From: Patescibacteria group bacterium
Lineage (GTDB): Bacteria; Patescibacteriota; Minisyncoccia; Moranbacterales; UBA2206
NCBI GenBank assembly: GCA_022709735.1
Contig: JAKLIG010000005.1
Location: 5,884-69,883, forward strand
Direction: 5' to 3'
DNA: 64,000 nucleotides
Within the stretch, counting starts at the first letter, position 1; each line of letters starts with the position of its first letter. The notes beneath the pieces are model-generated. The model ran no database searches, was not told the origin of the DNA, and saw nothing but the letters and a program-made list of their open reading frames with translations. Made by a program: the position numbers and the translations under genes. Shown here piece after piece: positions 38,238 through 48,428 of the stretch.

Positions 38238-39602
38238 TTATATACTACTTTTAATTTCGGAAATTATTTCCTCCTTTTTTTCGTCATATAATTCTTTTTT
38301 GTTTGCTTCAAAATTAAGCCTGATAACTGGTTCCGATTGAGATTTTCGAAGATTAAACCACCAATCTTTGAATATTACGCTTAGCCCATCTACTTCTAAA
38401 ATTTCTGCTCCTTCTTTAGAATATTTTTCTCTTAATCTGCCAATCACTTCATCAGCTTTTTGCATATTTGGCATTTCAAAATTCGTTTCATCCATTACAA
38501 AATATTTTTTTCTAAAATCTTCTATTATTCCATCGATTGGCTCTTCCTTAACACTAATAGCTTGCAAAAAAGTCAGCGCTGACATAATACCATCATCCGC
38601 TTCATGTAATTCTGGAAAAACATAATGACCGGAAGTTTCCCCTCCGATAATAACATCAGGATCATTTTGCATTTTTAATTTTATTGGAATAGTCCAACAC
38701 TCTGAAACCATGACACTTCCTCCGACTTTTCCCACCCAATCATGTACAATAGTGGAGGTTCTAGTTTCAATTACAACTTTCTTTTTCGAAGAATTCTTAA
38801 CCCTATATTCGGCAAGAATAGCCATCAAAAGGCTATAATCAAGAAGCTTGCCGTTTCTATCTATAACACACACCCTATCAGCATCACCATCAAACATAAA
38901 TCCCAAATCAGCTTTTTCTGCGATTACTTTTTCTTTGAGCTTTTCCCTATTCTCCGGAAGCTTCGGATTAGTTTCATGATTAGGAAAATTTCCATCCAAT
39001 TCGGTAAATATAGGAACAATATTTATGCCTAAGCCGGAAAAAACTTTTTCGATATAGAGTCCTGCCATGCCATTCCCAGCATCCATAACAACTTTTAGCG
39101 GTTTTATTTTTTCTTTAATTGAATTTTTTACTACTTGAACATAATTATTTGTAGGATCTTCTTCTGTTATCGATCCTTTGGTGCCAGAAATTGGCGATTG
39201 TTCTCCCATTACTATTTTTTTAAGTTCCAAAATCTGTTCTTTAGTTAATGGAACATTTTTGCCGAAAACCATTTTAAAACCATTATTTTCTTTGCTGGCG
39301 TGCGAAGCAGTCACCATTATTCCGCTATATTCAGATTCTCCAACAGTATAATAGAAGCAAGAGGTGCTACAAAGACCAATATCAATAACATTTACACCTT
39401 GGTCTGCTATGCCTTTTATAAGGTTCTCCGCTAAAGAAGGCGAAGAAAGTCGTGTGTCGCGTCCAACGATAATCGATTCACTTTTTGCGTAATTTGCAAA
39501 ACTCTGCCCAATTTTATAGGCTATTTCTTCATTTAGCTCCGTTGGATACACACCCCGAATGTCATAAGCCTTAAAAATGCCAGGATTTATTGGTTTTTCC
39601 AT
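38238..39602 (-). CDS. Phosphohexomutase (phosphomannomutase/phosphoglucomutase family), copy 2
   Basis: TASHASKENNG active-site loop, FDGDADR metal site. Length 454 aa. Confidence 0.7.
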   Translation of the reverse strand: MEKPINPGIFKAYDIRGVYPTELNEEIAYKIGQSFANYAKSESIIVGRDTRLSSPSLAENLIKGIADQGVNVIDIGLCSTSCFYYTVGESEYSGIMVTASHASKENNGFKMVFGKNVPLTKEQILELKKIVMGEQSPISGTKGSITEEDPTNNYVQVVKNSIKEKIKPLKVVMDAGNGMAGLYIEKVFSGLGINIVPIFTELDGNFPNHETNPKLPENREKLKEKVIAEKADLGFMFDGDADRVCVIDRNGKLLDYSLLMAILAEYRVKNSSKKKVVIETRTSTIVHDWVGKVGGSVMVSECWTIPIKLKMQNDPDVIIGGETSGHYVFPELHEADDGIMSALTFLQAISVKEEPIDGIIEDFRKKYFVMDETNFEMPNMQKADEVIGRLREKYSKEGAEILEVDGLSVIFKDWWFNLRKSQSEPVIRLNFEANKKELYDEKKEEIISEIKSSI

Positions 39603-39611
39603 ATTATTAAT

Positions 39612-40538
39612 TTAAATATTAATTTTATTTAGCTCAATTTTTGATTTCCAAAAAAAATATCCCACCACTCCAAAAGTTGAAAGAGGAGAAACCCAACTCG
39701 GAACTTTGATTCCAAAACTATCCATAAGCATAATTATTCCTAAAAATAAAATTGAATACATTGCACCATTTTTGAGATATATATATTTTTTTATTCTATC
39801 GATATTCCCAACCGTAAATTGTCTTAGGACTATAGCGCCCAGGCCATTTCCCAAAATTATAAGAGGCACGGATAAGGTAAAAGCAAAAGCTCCCAAAACT
39901 CCATCAATTGAAAAAGTGGCATCAATTACTTCCAAATATAAAATTTTGCTTATATCCGATAGATTTCGAGTATTATCCAATAATTCTTTTTCTCTCTGTT
40001 CCGCGTTTTGTTTGAATCCATGAGTTATAAAAAAAGCAGTAGATCCAACCACTGTCCCAAAGGCCATAAGAGGATTAATTTTTGAAGCAAACCAAACAAT
40101 AGTAGCAAGCAAAATTGATACGACCGCATAAAACCAAATGCCTTGTGAGTGAAAAAATCTTTCTCCTTTTAGCCCATAGTTTTTCGGTTCAATAAAAAGC
40201 CAATGAAAAAATAGAAAAATCAAGAAAGTTCCACCGCCAGCCAAAAGAATCGGGGAAGACATCTCAATCGCTTCAATAATTTTAGGATCATTGCTAAAAG
40301 TAGCAGTTAGCGATCCCAAAAATCCTAAACTCGGATTGGCTGCCCAAACAATGACCCAGGGTAAAAATCCCCGAACAATAAAAACTGCGAATAAGAGCCC
40401 CCAAAACAAAAACCACCTTCTGGCTTTTTTCCCCATAGTAGACAGAACTTCCGCGTTGACAATGGCGTTGTCAATACTACTAATTATCTCAAACAGACTT
40501 AATCCTAAAACTGTGAAAATCATTAACGATAAATTCAT
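39612..40538 (-). CDS. Polytopic integral membrane protein (DUF475/TerC-like)
   Basis: Multiple TM segments. N-terminal EIISSIDNAIVNA and LEVIDATFSIDGV resemble DUF475. Confidence 0.4.
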   Translation of the reverse strand: MNLSLMIFTVLGLSLFEIISSIDNAIVNAEVLSTMGKKARRWFLFWGLLFAVFIVRGFLPWVIVWAANPSLGFLGSLTATFSNDPKIIEAIEMSSPILLAGGGTFLIFLFFHWLFIEPKNYGLKGERFFHSQGIWFYAVVSILLATIVWFASKINPLMAFGTVVGSTAFFITHGFKQNAEQREKELLDNTRNLSDISKILYLEVIDATFSIDGVLGAFAFTLSVPLIILGNGLGAIVLRQFTVGNIDRIKKYIYLKNGAMYSILFLGIIMLMDSFGIKVPSWVSPLSTFGVVGYFFWKSKIELNKINI

Positions 40539-40643
40539 ATTTCTTTAGAAATAGCTTTTATACTAATATATTAGCACAAATTTTGCCCAAATCAAAAATC
40601 CCTTTTTAGGGGGATTTTTGAGTAAAAAAGCTACTTTATCAAA

Positions 40644-41414
40644 TTATCTATTGGTAGCAGTCATTTTCGAAGCAACCGTTTGCACATCGATTATGTCAAT
40701 TTTCCCATCATCGTTTAAGTTGCAATCAAAATTTCTATTTCTTTCTCCCTTGCAACACCCATAAACTGAACCGCAATCAGTATTCCAACTTGCTTTAACT
40801 ATTTCCAAATCCCTCGAGTCTGTTCTGCCGTCTCGATTTATATCCGCAGTATTATTATTTGGATATGGAGTAGCTATTTTCGAAGCCACTGTCTGCACAT
40901 CCACTATGTCAATTTTCCCATCGTCGTTTAAATTGCAATCGAAATTTTTATTTCTTTCGCCTTTGCAACAACCGTAAGTAGAACTGCAATTAGTATTCCA
41001 GCTATCCTTAACTATTTCTACATCATCCATATCCGTTTTGCCATCGCGATTTATATCCGCAGTATTACTATTTGGATATGGAGTGGTTACTGCTATCTTC
41101 GAAGCAACAGTTTGCACATCCACTATGTCAATTTTACCATCATCGTTTAAATTACAATCAAAGTCCTTATTGACATCGCCTTTGCAACAGCCATAAGCAT
41201 CTTCACAGCTTGTATTCCAATTTGCTTTGACTATCTCCAAATCTGCCATATCGATTTTTCCGTCTCGATTTATATCCGCAGTATTGTTATTAGTATATGG
41301 AGTTCCGCCTGTCATTACTGTCGCCGCCATTATTCCACCTGTTCCAATTATTGCTATAGCCAACGCCACCACAGTTCCAGTTTTAACTTTTGTTTTTGTG
41401 ATTGTTTGAGACAT
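40644..41414 (-). CDS. Secreted/membrane-anchored protein with three tandem dockerin-like Ca-binding repeat pairs
   Basis: N-terminal TM/signal, then 3x about 65-aa repeats: TADINRDGKIDMADLEIVKANWNT.C...YGCCKG..N..FDCNLNDDGKIDIVDVQTVASKI. The DNA shows 3 tandem units of about 200 bp. Confidence 0.55.
   Translation of the reverse strand: MSQTITKTKVKTGTVVALAIAIIGTGGIMAATVMTGGTPYTNNNTADINRDGKIDMADLEIVKANWNTSCEDAYGCCKGDVNKDFDCNLNDDGKIDIVDVQTVASKIAVTTPYPNSNTADINRDGKTDMDDVEIVKDSWNTNCSSTYGCCKGERNKNFDCNLNDDGKIDIVDVQTVASKIATPYPNNNTADINRDGRTDSRDLEIVKASWNTDCGSVYGCCKGERNRNFDCNLNDDGKIDIIDVQTVASKMTATNR
40655..41330. repeat. Three tandem units of about 200-225 bp (roughly 85% identical by eye) encoding the dockerin-like repeats
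   Basis: Repeated blocks begin near 40663, 40862 and 41090. Confidence 0.7.
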
Positions 41415-41483
41415 ATTATAAAATTAATAATTACATTTAACCTCTAAATTATAGCACCTTTCGCAATAATAGTTATCCACAGC

Positions 41484-42449
41484 CTAACTCTTAACTTCCT
41501 TATATTCCTCCGCTATCTTTTTGACATCCTCGACCTTTACTTCAGGAATTATTTTGCACTTTTTTGATTTTTTATTCTTGCCAACGCATTCCATTCTAGC
41601 CTTGCTCGATGCTTCATCCATAAGATCTATCGCTTTGTCCGGAAAAGACCGGCCAGGAAGCATTTTCTCTGATTGCTCTATGCAAGAAGCGAGAACTTTC
41701 TCTGAAATTCTAACATTATGAAAAGCTTCGTATTTTGTTTTTACTCCCTTGAGTATTTCTAAAGTCTCCTTTTTACTTGGTTCATTCACAAAAATCGGCT
41801 GCATTCTTCTCTTGAAAGCCAAGTCAACATGGAAATATTGGTCATATTCTTCTTTGGTCGTTGCCCCCACTATTTGAAGCTCTCCTCTGGCCATCGCCGG
41901 CTTGAAAATATCGCCGACTGAAACAGATTCGCCCGAGCTTTCCGCTTGGATAAGATTGTGAATTTCATCAATAAAAAGAATTATATTTCTTTTTGATTTG
42001 GATATTTCTTCCGTAAGTTTTCGCACTCTTTCTTCAAATTCACCCCGATATTTTGTCCCAGCCAAAAGCGCGTTAAGATCAAGCATCAAAACTCTTTTTC
42101 CAAAAAGACTAGGCGGAACATTTTTTGCAAAAACATTATGCGCCAATCCTTCAACAATCGCAGTTTTTCCCACTCCGGCCTCGCCGATAAGCACAGCATT
42201 ATTTTTTGTCCTTCGGCTTAGGACCATTATCAAATGATTTATTTCTTTTTGTCGGCCGACCACTGGATCAAGTTCATTCCTTCTGGCCGATTCCGTAATA
42301 TCCTTGGAAAAACTATTTATAATCGGCGTAGAAACAAATAAACTGGAAGATTTATTTCTCGAAAATTTAAATACCAAATAGCCTAAAATAATAATTCCTG
42401 CTATAGCTAGAAAAGAGATGGGATCAAAATGCCCGGAAAATATATTCAT
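41484..42449 (-). CDS. Membrane-anchored AAA+ ATPase resembling a lone Clp/Hsp100 D1 domain
   Basis: N-terminal TM. GEAGVGKTAIVEGLAHNV ... KYRGEFEERVRKL ... ILFIDEIHNL ... GELQIVGATT match ClpA/B/C NBD1. Only 321 aa. Confidence 0.6.
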   Translation of the reverse strand: MNIFSGHFDPISFLAIAGIIILGYLVFKFSRNKSSSLFVSTPIINSFSKDITESARRNELDPVVGRQKEINHLIMVLSRRTKNNAVLIGEAGVGKTAIVEGLAHNVFAKNVPPSLFGKRVLMLDLNALLAGTKYRGEFEERVRKLTEEISKSKRNIILFIDEIHNLIQAESSGESVSVGDIFKPAMARGELQIVGATTKEEYDQYFHVDLAFKRRMQPIFVNEPSKKETLEILKGVKTKYEAFHNVRISEKVLASCIEQSEKMLPGRSFPDKAIDLMDEASSKARMECVGKNKKSKKCKIIPEVKVEDVKKIAEEYKEVKS

Positions 42450-42508
42450 TCTTTTTATTTTTATTTATTATTTAATTTTATTATACCACAAAAAATTGGA
42501 TTTTTGAA

Positions 42509-44245
42509 TTACCAGCCTCCTCCGCCTCCGCCACCTCCGCCACCTCCTGATCCTCCTCCGCCACCAGCGCCAGAACCAGATGAAGAAGTGTTGGAACTTA
42601 CGCTAGAAGATATACTGTTCAATTTTGAAGTAAAACTGTCCGTATCAAAAGAAGCTAAATTGCCTGCGCTTCCAACATACCAGACCGGATGATAATTTTT
42701 GAAATAATCTGCTCCATATATTTCTTCCATTTTCTTTGCCCACTCCTTGGCAATGCCGAAAACTATGGCATAGGGCAGAAATTTTTCAAAAATATTTTCT
42801 TTTTCATAAAACTTTTGGCGGTATTTTTCCGCCGTTTCCATATATAATTTGAAGCCTTTTATCTTCCAATTCAGTTCCGCACCCATCGGTGTTCGTTTCG
42901 CCATAAAAAGACCAAAAATAAACAAAATCAGTCCTGATAATCCAACACCGGACCCCCAATAGATACTCACAAAAAATAAAAAGAAACTCACAATAAAACT
43001 AACGATTGCCAAAACGATAAAGCCTATCTTATAATTCAATCCTCTCTTGGTAATCCAGCCTCTGTCAATTATGTCTTTTTCCGCCCTCTCTTCTATTTGG
43101 CTTAATTTTTCGTTAAAATTGTTTTTGAGTGAAGAAAGTTCGATAGATTTTCTCCCCCCAAGCATCTTTTTTAGAATTAAATTTTCAATTGCATCCTTAT
43201 TGCTTGTTTCATAATCATCTTTTATGAGTTTTATTTTTATATCTTTTAATTTAAAAAAGGTGACTTTTTTTTCTGTTTCTTCGATAATTATTATTTTTTT
43301 GACTGCCAAATTGATAATTGCCGCTGAAATAAATTCATTACTGAAAGATCCGTTATCCATCACCATCCCCATTTGAATCGGCGTAATATTTTCAGGAATT
43401 CCAAATTCCGGAATTATTGTCTTTTTTATGCGAGGATCTTTTCCATATTTTACCCAAGTTTTAAAACAAAAGAAAAATATTAAAATTGGCAAAAAAACTG
43501 CCAAAATCCAATGCCATTTTTCCCAAAATGGTGGCTCATAAGGAATGAAGATGTTTTTTGGAAAAGTGACAGAGACGGTCACTCCTTGGCGCTCGTATAT
43601 TGTTCCGAGAGAATTAAATTCCAAAATATTTTTATCCGTCCATTTATACTCTGCCAAATTTTTATCTTTACTGTTAAGAATACCGGTATAATATTCCACT
43701 TGGCTATTTTTGTTGTCCACAACTTCTGGAAAAATAATTTTTACCTTAAATTTATCTATATCAATATCCCAAAAATTTCCAGTTAAATTCCAATACCATT
43801 CGTCAAATTGGGGATCATCAAATATTATCGCGTTTTCGATCTTATAAGTAATTTTGTAATAATTTACCCCATTCACTGTTTTGTCTGCATCTCCAATTTT
43901 CCAAGTAATCGTATTATTTGTAGTATCTTTTATTGTTTTATAATTTAATGATTTTCCATCAAAGTCAGTGATACTTATCAAACTCACGGGCATTTTCACC
44001 GTTTTTTTGGTTGTTTTCCAAGCAGTCGGCAAAACGCGAAAAATTCCATGCTTCCCCGGCAAATTCCCGCAATCCGCCGTTATCTTTTCGGTAATAAGTA
44101 GCGTCGAGTCTTCGTTTACTTTTATTTCCGACTCAAAATCCAGAATATACCAATCGGTGATGTTTTCACGAGCTTCGGAAAAAAACGGAATAAAAAGAAA
44201 CAGGCTAAAAAACAATAGGCCTATTATTTTATTAATTTTTTTCAT
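42509..44245 (-). CDS. DUF2207-family membrane protein with a C-terminal Gly-rich tail
   Basis: Signal peptide, large ectodomain, TM segments, C-terminal SSSGSGAGGGGGSGGGGGGGGGGGW. Confidence 0.55.
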   Translation of the reverse strand: MKKINKIIGLLFFSLFLFIPFFSEARENITDWYILDFESEIKVNEDSTLLITEKITADCGNLPGKHGIFRVLPTAWKTTKKTVKMPVSLISITDFDGKSLNYKTIKDTTNNTITWKIGDADKTVNGVNYYKITYKIENAIIFDDPQFDEWYWNLTGNFWDIDIDKFKVKIIFPEVVDNKNSQVEYYTGILNSKDKNLAEYKWTDKNILEFNSLGTIYERQGVTVSVTFPKNIFIPYEPPFWEKWHWILAVFLPILIFFFCFKTWVKYGKDPRIKKTIIPEFGIPENITPIQMGMVMDNGSFSNEFISAAIINLAVKKIIIIEETEKKVTFFKLKDIKIKLIKDDYETSNKDAIENLILKKMLGGRKSIELSSLKNNFNEKLSQIEERAEKDIIDRGWITKRGLNYKIGFIVLAIVSFIVSFFLFFVSIYWGSGVGLSGLILFIFGLFMAKRTPMGAELNWKIKGFKLYMETAEKYRQKFYEKENIFEKFLPYAIVFGIAKEWAKKMEEIYGADYFKNYHPVWYVGSAGNLASFDTDSFTSKLNSISSSVSSNTSSSGSGAGGGGGSGGGGGGGGGGGW

Positions 44246-44304
44246 ATTTATAAACCCTAATTTTTATGGCTTTATAATACCATATAAAATGATATACTTA
44301 AACT

Positions 44305-45543
44305 ATGCCAATTTTTAATTTTCCTACTAAAAAAAACATCTCTATTTTAGCTCTTGGCGCTGAATCAGCCGGAAACTTTTCCGTTTTCAATAAAGGAAAA
44401 ATTTATTTTTCCGAAGATTTTGGAGATTTGCTAGAAGAAAAAAACTGGAAAAAATTTCAGTCGGCAGTTTTGAAATATTTAAAAGATAATAAAATTAAGC
44501 CTGAAATAATTCTGACTGACCTTCACCCTCTTTTTAAAACTACCCTCTGGGGGAAAGAATTAGCCAAAAAATATGGCGCAAAACATATTCCAGTCCAGCA
44601 TCATATATCCCACACTTTTTCTTCTGTCGGCGATAGCTTCCTTAAGACACCCGGTGTCTTGAGTTTTAGACACCGGGTGTCTAAAACTTTTTATGGGATT
44701 GCTTTAGACGGCACCGGTTTTGGAACTGATGAAAAAATTTGGGGTGGAGAAGTTTTTAAGGGGAAAATGTCCGCAAGACAAAAGGGGTTAAGTGTTGAAA
44801 GAATTGGCCATCTTGAAAATCAAATTATGATTGGTGGAGATTTAGCAATAAAAGAGCCAGCCAGAATGCTAATTAGTATTTTGAATAAGTTTTTAAGTAA
44901 AAAAGAAATTTATTCTTTCGTTAAAAAATATTATACCCAAAACGAATTTGAATTAATTTATAATCAGCTAGCGCAAAATTTCAATTGCCTTGAAACTTCC
45001 AGCGCTGGAAGAGTTTTGGACGCCGTTTCGATTCTTTTAGGATTTTGCGGCAATGCTAGAAAATACAAGCACGAACCAATTGATAAATTAGAAAAAAATT
45101 CAACAAAACCATATACAGATTTAAGGCCTAAAATAGATAATAACTGCGAATTACAAATTACTTACTTATTTAATTACTTAATAAATTACTTGCATAAACG
45201 GGATAGAAAACGCCTCGCCGCCACTGCCCAGTTATATATTGCTCAAGGTTTATATAAAATAATTGAATTAGCGCGTCATCCTGATCCGCCAACTGGCGGA
45301 GAAGGATCTGCCTACAAAAATCTCAAGCTTAATAATTGTCGCAAAACAAAAAGTATCACAAAGCAGATTCTTCACAGCACTTCGCTTGTTCAGAATGACG
45401 ATGTTTTTATTTCCGGCGGCCTGACTAATAATAAAATAATTTCTTCTTTTTTGGAATCTAAGGGCGCTTATATAAACAAAAAAATCCCGCGTGGCGACGC
45501 CGGAATTTCTTTCGGACAATTGGTCTACTATTTATCTTCCTAA
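44305..45543 (+). CDS. hypF: HypF-like carbamoyltransferase, C-terminal Kae1-like domain only
   Basis: GIALDGTGFGTDEKIWGGE (HypF ALDGTGYG.DG.IWGGE) and C-terminal SGGLTNNKI...PRGDAGISFGQL (HypF SGGVFQN...P.NDGGISLGQ). Acylphosphatase, Zn-finger and YrdC domains are absent. Confidence 0.5.
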   Translation: MPIFNFPTKKNISILALGAESAGNFSVFNKGKIYFSEDFGDLLEEKNWKKFQSAVLKYLKDNKIKPEIILTDLHPLFKTTLWGKELAKKYGAKHIPVQHHISHTFSSVGDSFLKTPGVLSFRHRVSKTFYGIALDGTGFGTDEKIWGGEVFKGKMSARQKGLSVERIGHLENQIMIGGDLAIKEPARMLISILNKFLSKKEIYSFVKKYYTQNEFELIYNQLAQNFNCLETSSAGRVLDAVSILLGFCGNARKYKHEPIDKLEKNSTKPYTDLRPKIDNNCELQITYLFNYLINYLHKRDRKRLAATAQLYIAQGLYKIIELARHPDPPTGGEGSAYKNLKLNNCRKTKSITKQILHSTSLVQNDDVFISGGLTNNKIISSFLESKGAYINKKIPRGDAGISFGQLVYYLSS

Positions 45544-45646
45544 CATTCGATGTTAGGAATAATTGCTACTACATATAGGCGAATGGTAGTAAAAATAAAA
45601 CAAGGCGGGAACAATAATTTTACTTGTTCTCGCCTTGCGCAACTTG

Positions 45647-46270
45647 TCAGTGACCTATTTTTAATTTATCGCCCTCCTTTATGAGAGCACAGGTCTGATA
45701 AAAGAAAGAACTGCTTTCCAGTACCCGATTCATTGATTTTTTGAATTTTCTCATGTTGGGCAGTGTAATTAGAAAATCCACTTCTCCAACATGATTGAGA
45801 TGGAAGAATGGGGACTCCCACCCATCAGCGGTTTTTTTCGCATAAATGAGATAACAACCACCTATGCGAACCCATTTGCACAGGACAAACCAGGTACTTC
45901 CCAATTTTAGCGAGAAAATGATTCCCGCCGTCAACGATACAACATATAGCAGTGCGAAGTCTAATGTTTTTGGTAACGACAACGAGTAGCCTAACCCCAT
46001 AAGTAAAACTATCAGGGATAAACTACACCGAAAAAATACTGATATGCATTTTTGTGGTCCGGAGTATTTATTCACAACATACAGCGTTGTCGGAAATACA
46101 TAAAATGCTACAGTACACAACATTAATACATCGGCAATTTCCGCAAGGGAAAATATTTTTAAAAAAATAAAATATCCGATATACAACGCGACAAACAGCA
46201 TATCTCCCAGTTCATTTTTCCAATTTTTCATTATGTATGTTCTTCCCATGATCCACACCCTTTCTCTCAT
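45647..46270 (-). CDS. Hypothetical membrane protein (about 200 aa)
   Basis: Several TM helices, no motif recognised. Confidence 0.4.
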   Translation of the reverse strand: MRERVWIMGRTYIMKNWKNELGDMLFVALYIGYFIFLKIFSLAEIADVLMLCTVAFYVFPTTLYVVNKYSGPQKCISVFFRCSLSLIVLLMGLGYSLSLPKTLDFALLYVVSLTAGIIFSLKLGSTWFVLCKWVRIGGCYLIYAKKTADGWESPFFHLNHVGEVDFLITLPNMRKFKKSMNRVLESSSFFYQTCALIKEGDKLKIGH

Positions 46271-46390
46271 TTAGAATGAGAATTTTAAAGTACGACATCT
46301 GACCAGTGAAATACTGCTCGAAATCTCGAGTTAACCTGCGATCGCAGGATAAAATCAGATATCCTACTGTATCATACTTTTTATTATTTG

Positions 46391-47404
46391 TCAACAGATC
46401 CTTGGAATCAACTTCCCTCTTGGCACTTCGATTTTTTTTATGCTTCCTATTTTAGTTTTGAGCCAAACGCCGTTGCCTTTTTCAACTTCGCCGATAATCT
46501 TGGCGCCGGCATTATATTTTTGAAGAATTTTGATGACTTTTTGAGAATTATTTTTAGAAACTGTCGCCATAAATCGCCCTTCGGATGGGAAAGAAAATAC
46601 ATCTATGCCTAAGAGTTCTGAAATCGCAACAGTTTCTTTTTTAAACGGCAAAGTTTTTTCTTCCAAAATAAATTTAGTCTTAGATTTTTCTGACATTTCA
46701 TTTAATACCGCCGCTGTTCCGCCTCGCGTTGGATCTTTCGCCGAAGTTAGAAATTTTTCCACGCTTTGAATTTCTCGAGTTAGTGACTGGCAATCGCTTT
46801 TTATTTTCGTTTGATAATTAAACCTTTTGGAAAGAAGCGCTACGGCATGTTCGCCTAAATCTCCGGAAGCTATAATTACATCTCCAACTTTCGCTCCATC
46901 ATTAGAAATTATTTTTTTGGCAATCCCAACTCCGGAAGTTGTAATTTCAATTTTGTCTATTTTTCCTTTCTCTGTTACTTTCGTGTCCCCCGTCACGATT
47001 GGCACATTTTCTTTTTTAGAAATTTCTTGGATTGATTGAATTATTTTTCTCAAATCGCTTTCCGGAAATCCTTCTTCAATCACAATACTTAATGATAGCC
47101 CAATCGGACGCGCGCCCATAACAGAGAGGTCATTTATCGTCCCGCAAATAGCAATTTTGCCAATGTCCCCTCCTGAAAAAAATAATGGATCAATAATAAA
47201 AGCGTCCGTCGTGAAAACTAAATTATTTTGCTTCGTAGAGACGCAATTAATTGCGTCTCTACCTAAATCAAAAACTGCTCCATCATCTTTTGTATTTTTC
47301 CACTTTCCTTTGACACTCAAAACTTTTCTTATATTTGAAATAAGTTCTTCTGACTTTTTACCTCCTGCCCCCATTTCTAATTCAATTGTTTTATTCTCAT
47401 CCAT
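46391..47404 (-). CDS. hypE: Hydrogenase maturation protein HypE
   Basis: AIR-synthase-related fold, FTTDAFIIDPLFFSGGDIGKIAICGTINDLSVMGARP, IVTGDTKV, and the characteristic C-terminal PRIC. Confidence 0.85.
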   Translation of the reverse strand: MDENKTIELEMGAGGKKSEELISNIRKVLSVKGKWKNTKDDGAVFDLGRDAINCVSTKQNNLVFTTDAFIIDPLFFSGGDIGKIAICGTINDLSVMGARPIGLSLSIVIEEGFPESDLRKIIQSIQEISKKENVPIVTGDTKVTEKGKIDKIEITTSGVGIAKKIISNDGAKVGDVIIASGDLGEHAVALLSKRFNYQTKIKSDCQSLTREIQSVEKFLTSAKDPTRGGTAAVLNEMSEKSKTKFILEEKTLPFKKETVAISELLGIDVFSFPSEGRFMATVSKNNSQKVIKILQKYNAGAKIIGEVEKGNGVWLKTKIGSIKKIEVPRGKLIPRIC

Positions 47405-48428
47405 AACGATATTCTACATTACAACTTCCTTCTCTTGAAACCATGCAAGCTCCTTGCGGATTATCTGGCGTACAAACTTTTCTAAAAAGCGGACAATTTT
47501 TCGGCTCAATTATCCCTTGCAAAACTTCTCCACAATGACAAACACTAGGCTTGTTTTTTATATTTTTTTTAATTTTAGCAATCAATTCTCTGTGAATAAA
47601 TTCAGCATCTTGGTTTTTATATTTCTTTTTAATTTTAAGTCCAGAATTTTTAATTTCTCCCAAGCCCCTCCATCTGGCATTTTTGGCTTCAAAAACTTTG
47701 GAAATTAATTTCTGCGCTTTTTTATTTCCTTCTTTTTGCACAAGTCTCGCATATTCATTTTCTACTTTTTTTTCTTTTTTGGTTATTTGATCTAATAGCA
47801 TATCAATTGCTTTGATCACGTCCGTTGCGGAAAATCCGGCTACTACCTGGGGAATTTTAAATTTTTTATAAATCTCTGCACCGATTATCACACTCACATG
47901 TCCAGGATTAATAAAGCCGTCAATTTTAATTTTATTATTTCGTAGCAAGGCTCTCATCGCTGGCGGAAAAATTTTATGCGAAGAAAAAACCTTGAGACCA
48001 TTTTGAATTCCCCAAGCCGTCATTGGCGCGGTTGTTTCAAAGCCAATTCCCCAAAATATTAAATCAGGATTTTTTTTAGAAATTTTTAAAGCTTCTGAAA
48101 TATCATAAACAATATAAATTTCAGCTCCTTGTTGTCTGGCGTTTTCTAAACTTCCCAGATTTCCCGGGATATTAGCCGAATCGCCATAGCAGGCGATTGG
48201 AATGCCGGAAAGCGCAAGGCCAGTTATAATATCGACATCGCTTTGATCTGCCACGCAAACTGGACAGCCCGGACCGGAAATCATTTTTATATTTTTTGGC
48301 AAAATATTTTTTATTCCATATTTGGCAATTGTTTCACTGTGCGTTCCGCAAAGTTCCATAAGCCTAATCGGCCGTCTTATTATTTTCGCTTTTTCTTGAA
48401 TGTTTTTTAAAATTTTTTTATACTTCAT
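47397..48428 (-). CDS. hypD: Hydrogenase maturation protein HypD
   Basis: CGTH, GPGCPVCV and C-terminal CxCGxxL...CPxF...CTP..P.GACMVS.EG.C motifs. Confidence 0.88.
   Translation of the reverse strand: MKYKKILKNIQEKAKIIRRPIRLMELCGTHSETIAKYGIKNILPKNIKMISGPGCPVCVADQSDVDIITGLALSGIPIACYGDSANIPGNLGSLENARQQGAEIYIVYDISEALKISKKNPDLIFWGIGFETTAPMTAWGIQNGLKVFSSHKIFPPAMRALLRNNKIKIDGFINPGHVSVIIGAEIYKKFKIPQVVAGFSATDVIKAIDMLLDQITKKEKKVENEYARLVQKEGNKKAQKLISKVFEAKNARWRGLGEIKNSGLKIKKKYKNQDAEFIHRELIAKIKKNIKNKPSVCHCGEVLQGIIEPKNCPLFRKVCTPDNPQGACMVSREGSCNVEYRYG

Noticed and set aside
42429-42692. Plus-strand ORF encoding a poly-proline stretch (PPPPPPPPPPPDPPPPPAPEPDEE)
   Set aside because: It is the antisense reading of the Gly-rich C-terminal tail (GGGGGSGGGGGGGGGGGW) of the DUF2207 gene on the minus strand; a shadow ORF.
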